DNA of 64,000 nucleotides from the human T2T-CHM13v2.0 reference genome, Homo sapiens: NCBI RefSeq assembly GCF_009914755.1, contig NC_060929.1; one strand, 5' to 3'. Shown piece by piece: positions 58,605 to 64,000 of this stretch (position 1 is its first letter; each line of letters starts with the position of its first letter). The notes under the pieces were generated by a model. It saw only the letters and a program-made list of their open reading frames with translations, ran no database searches and was not told where the DNA came from. The position numbers and the translations under genes were made by a program.

Positions 58605-59698
58605 TTAGTTTGCAAGACTCGAGGGGTTGGGTGGAAGATGAGGGAGTATGCAATTTTGGGGAAAAAAAAGCCTGTGGATGCTTCTCATGGAGGCATGAAG
58701 TCAAAGTTAGTAAAGAACTGCACTTAGTGGAAAGGATGGCACAGACGTAGATGCTTCATTTTTTTTTTTAATCTGCAAATGGGCTAGGTAGGTTATTTCC
58801 ACGTGAGCAAATGCATTTACAATCCTGGCTTTCCTTATAGGCCGAGTGGTACATTTTGAAGAATGAGATGTAAACTCCCGAAGGCATTAAGGGCGTCCAC
58901 CAGAAAGAGTGGTCTCCTTATCTCAGCATCACACATGTCAACAAGATAGAATCTGAGACAGAAAAACTTGTTCCTACCCATGAAAAATAGTCTCCCCCTC
59001 ACATTTCATGCTTCCCAGCACTTGTGGGAAGAGCAGTGCCTTTTTGGGAACACCAGAGAATGTGGACATCACAACTGCTCTTAAAGCACTGACTGCAAAA
59101 ATAGAATGACCTGGGGACTCTTGAGAACAGTAGTGATGGCTGCCCGCTGTCTGCTCAGCTCTAAGTTAATTGACTTGTGATGAGACCCTGCATCCATGCT
59201 TTTAAAAGCTTTGCGGATCATTCTAACGTGTAGCCAGGGTTGAGACTGAGGATGACCACCTTGAGAAGAAAGACATCAGATATCTCTGGATATAGTTCTT
59301 AAAGGGACTTTATAAGTATTATTATTACTTATAGGCAAATTTCAAACATTAGCACATATAAAGACCAGCAAAGCAAGGGGTGGAGCTGAGGGAAGACAGA
59401 ATATACAGCTATTTTCTCCAGTACTGCCTTACCTTTTCTACTGATATTCCTACCTGTGGTAAAAGGTATCTACTCTCACCCACTTTCTTGGCCCCTCTCC
59501 TTTTTATGCAGAGAACTTGAGGTCTTCAATGGGACTGATCTCACCTTTTCCTGAGCTTGCTGTGGAGTGTAGGCCATGCAGAACTGCCAAGTAATAAGAT
59601 GATTCGAATGGATGCCACAACTCGTGTAACTATGTCATGGGATGAGTCCATGCCTGAAAGACACTTCCTGTGAGTCTTGGCTAATAACAGGTGGGCTA

Positions 59699-60076
<378 letters not shown>

Positions 60077-60460
60077 CTATCAAGATACTTATGGAAATAA
60101 AGACTGAAAAGCAGTCAGGATGGGATGCTTTATACTAACTAGATTTGATGCTAATTGATTAGAAGTTGTGATGATTAGACTTGATAAGTTGATGTGACTG
60201 GAGATTGTACATCACCTGTCTCTTTGGAGACTAAATCAATGGAAGGGGGATGAGGGAGTGAGGGGATATTTTTGGCTGACTAGTTTGAATAGGAGGCTTT
60301 TCTGAATTGCTCAGTTGTATTTATTTTATCACCATAGTTCAGGTTAAATATAATGTAGAAAAATAATGACAGCAGTAAAGTATACTAATAGCATATTAAT
60401 TATATATTGGCAATATATATTGTATTAGTCCATTTTCACACTGCTACAAAGATACTACCT

Positions 60461-60752
60461 GGCTGGCACGGTGGCTCACCCCTGTAATCCCAGCCCTTTG
60501 GGAGGCCCAGGAGGGCAGATCACCTGAGGTCAGGTGTTCAAGACCAGCCTGGCCAACATGGTGAAACCCCATCTCTATAAAAATACAAAAAAATTAGCCA
60601 GGCATGGTGGCGGGTGACTCTAATCCCAGCTGCTTGGGAGGCTGAGGCAAGAGAATTGCTTGAATCTAGAGTCGGAGGTTGCAGTGAGCCGTGATTGCAC
60701 CACTGTACTCTAGCCCAGGCGATAGAGTGGAACTCCGTCTCAAAAAAAAAAA
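60461..60752 (+). mobile_element. Alu (AluSx-like) inside the solo LTR
   Basis: TSD AAAGATAC(T/C)ACCT at 60448-60460 and 60753-60765. Confidence 0.95.
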
Positions 60753-60940
60753 AAAGATACCACCTGAGACTGGGTAATTTACAAACAAAAGTGGTTGAAT
60801 TGACTCATAGTTCTGCATGGCTAGGGATGCCTCAGGAAACTTATAATCATGGTGGAAGGTGAAAGGAAAGCAAGGCACTTCGTAAATGGCATTAGGAGAG
60901 AGCAAGAGTGAGGAAGTGCCACACTTTAAAACCATTAGCT

Positions 60941-61252
<312 letters not shown>

Positions 61253-61397
61253 TCATAATTCACTCACTATCACAAGAACAGTACAGGGGAAACCGTCCCC
61301 ATGATCCCATCACCTCCTAGCACGTCCCTCCCTCAACATGTGGGGATTACAATTCGAGATGAGATTTGAGTGAGGACACAGAGCCAAATTATATTAT

Positions 61398-61512
61398 ATA
61401 TTACATATTATAATTATATAATTATAATATATGTAATTATATATTACATATAATGCATAATTATAATATAAAATCATAAATATTATATAAATATATAAAA
61501 TATATGAATAAT
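61398..61512. repeat. AT-rich low-complexity (TA-type) tract
   Basis: Nearly pure A/T (tatattacatattataattatata...). Confidence 0.85.
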
Positions 61513-63832
61513 ATGCTCCACATTTTTATGCTTTTAACTCTTTCTTGTCCTTAACATCTATCATGTGTCTGAGGTGTTTTGAAATGGGGCTTATGTTTCT
61601 GTGTGTATGTCAGAGAAATAAAGCATCATCATGCATTAGACTAGAGCAGTGAAAATAGTAACATTTTCATTTGTATAACACTTAAAGGCTTCCAAATAAC
61701 AAAATAAATGTTTATTGAACTTCTAATATGTGTCAGGCCATATTTATATATGCAATCTCATTTAATCCTGAAAATAATCTGTTTTACAGCTGAGGAAATG
61801 GAGACACATTGAGATTACATCATTTGTCCAGCGTCAGCCAGGGACGAGTAACTGCACATTTGTACTTGCTATGTCTGGCTCCACATCTCAGGCTTTTCCT
61901 ACCTTGCTATTACTACTATTGTTATTATTTTAAGTACGTCATGTTGCTTATAGGGTACTTTACTATAAAATTCGTTACTGAGTCCTGTCAACTCCATAGA
62001 AGGTAAGCTTTTATTCTAGTCTCACAGATGAGGCTCAGAGAAATACCTGCAAGGCTACACAGAAGAGGCAGGGGTGAGATTTGAACAAACCATGTCTTTA
62101 AACTCTGATTCCAGGGTTTTCCACTCTGCTGAGGGTTTTCGCCATTCAGTTGCCCTTTGTTCCCTTCTTAGTTTCAATTTTCTTGGGAACTTTGTGATAG
62201 TGAACTAAGTTTTTTGCTTAATAATACTTTTCCCAGTTTTTAAGGCAAACATAGACATATGTACATTAAAACTTTGACCAGCAGGCAGAAACACTTAATT
62301 TTTACTGATTTGATATAAATATGTTGAGGGTCATTTCCATTTGACTCTTTTATAGTGAAGGAAACAGTTTCTTGAAAGTCCCTTAGCAGTAAGTTAAGGG
62401 ATCTTAGTATCCAGGGATCTCATTAGGAATGCCTGCCCCATTCCATAGCTGTTTCTTACTGACTGTCCAAAGATCCACAGGTCTTGCAATGCCACAGTGA
62501 AATTTTAGAGCTTGCACTAAGGAGGCAGCATCAGACACACCCGAGAAGCATCCTCTACTCAATTCCAGCCCAGTCATGTTACCCTGTAACTTTTAGAGCA
62601 GCAATGATTCTGCTTTCTTGTAAGTAAGATAAAATAATGGTTGAAATCAACCAAGTGAATAAAGAATTGACAGAAAACTCCACAACCAATATCACAAGGA
62701 AAAATTAGTCATAAAGAATTTCAGAGTTGGGTTTTTTTTTCCCTTCCATTTTTAACAACCTCATCTTTCATCTCTGCAGAAGGCCAGCTTCTTTGCCACT
62801 GAGCAGCCCACACCATGGTCTTGCTGGAGACAAGCACTTGTATGATTTCAGTATGTGGTAGAGGTTTAGTAATTAAATGCAGGACACAATTCCAAGCAAG
62901 GGCAAATGAGGGGCTTGGCCACTCATCAGGTGAGATGACAAATGGCTGGCCCTTGTCCATCAGCGTTGCTGTAATTACAACATGTTAACAGAGCTGCTGC
63001 CAGTACATAGCCTTGTATATGTCCCTAGGCTGATATTGTACATATCAGCCTAGAACATGAGTTTTTATTTTTAGCAGAAGGGAATTAGTTCAAAACATAC
63101 CATTTCCCAGCAATAATTATTTGTTTTATTGTTTAGCAACCTCCTCAAATCGTAATAGCTTAAATATTTACCAGGGGCTTTGGGGCAGCTCCCATCTTTT
63201 CCCAGATTTTGTATTAAACGTATTCCGGGAATATGGGTCAGAGTCCTCACTCATCAGGTTATTCCACGGTCAACCACACTCCTGGGTTAGCTACATCCTC
63301 TGTTCCTTCCCCCCTTTTCTTTTCCTTCCACCTCAGGAAAGACACAAAATTACCCTCTGTTTGGCTCTCTCTAGACACCACAGTTAATATTTTGATGGTA
63401 AAGTCTGAGATCAATTGATGAAAGGATCTCTCTACTTCAACACACAGTTTTGTAATAAAATACCATGAAAAACACTCCCTTAAGAGTTGGGGTAGAGTGC
63501 AGCTTTTTTTAAAGCATGGATGCCAGTCTTGCCTGAGTAAGACTTGCAACAGTAACAGATCCCTCCTCAAAGGGTTATGAATGGCATCAATGGAATAAAG
63601 TTATTTTGCATAAATGGTAAAGTACTTCACAGATGCAAGGTTATTTTGGGAAAGTCTATACCTTCTCCCTTTTATGTGAGAAATTTAAGGGCATGCTGGC
63701 TGTTAAAGTTCAGCTTTTAGCTTAGATATATTTGATATGTAAAGGAACTCTCTTTCCAAGATAATAGGGTTACCATGAAAAGCTGAACTTCTGGCACACA
63801 GGTGTGAATACCACTGCTTATTAAAGAAATTA

Positions 63833-64000
63833 CAGTTGTCCCTTGGTATCTGTGGAGGATTAATTCCTGCAGATACCAAAATCTGAGGATACTCAAGTCC
63901 GTTATATAAAATGGCATATAACCTATGTACATTCTCTCATACACTTTAAATTATTTACAGATTACTTATAATAACTAATATAATATAAATGCTGTGTAAA
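63833..64000 (-). mobile_element. MER2-like DNA transposon (partial, runs off the window; opposite orientation to the other two)
   Basis: TA|cagttgtcccttggtatctgtgg...gataccaaaatctgaggatactcaagtcc. Confidence 0.75.

Noticed and set aside
62100-64000. Possible 3' end of the neighbouring gene (DAB2 lies just upstream of human C9, from memory)
   Set aside because: No recognisable exon or terminal sequence in the window; it probably begins beyond the right edge.

Overview
Primate (almost certainly human) genomic DNA. The minus strand carries most of the complement component C9 gene: promoter and coding exons 1-9 (1416 nt of CDS, codons 1-472). All junctions are GT-AG and in phase; exons 10-11 lie beyond the left edge. 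This haplotype encodes Trp at codon 5 (R5W relative to the canonical protein as I recall it). The introns are dense with transposable elements: a near-full-length L1PA4/5-type LINE-1 antisense in intron 1, a 3'-truncated SVA in intron 4, a complete THE1/MST MaLR element, two further large L1 remnants, eight Alus, and MER2/MER5/MER20, MLT1, L2 and MIR fragments. I see no new gene or system. The best leads are (i) the intron-1 L1 keeps an open antisense ORF0 whose second splice donor is in frame with C9 exon 2 only 1.1 kb away, so an ORF0-C9 fusion lacking the signal peptide is possible; (ii) a ~300-bp-arm inverted duplication in intron 1; (iii) the prematurely polyadenylated SVA; and (iv) a perfect DR5 element in a repeat-free part of intron 1. 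Repeat subfamily names are by eye, and boundaries without TSDs are approximate.
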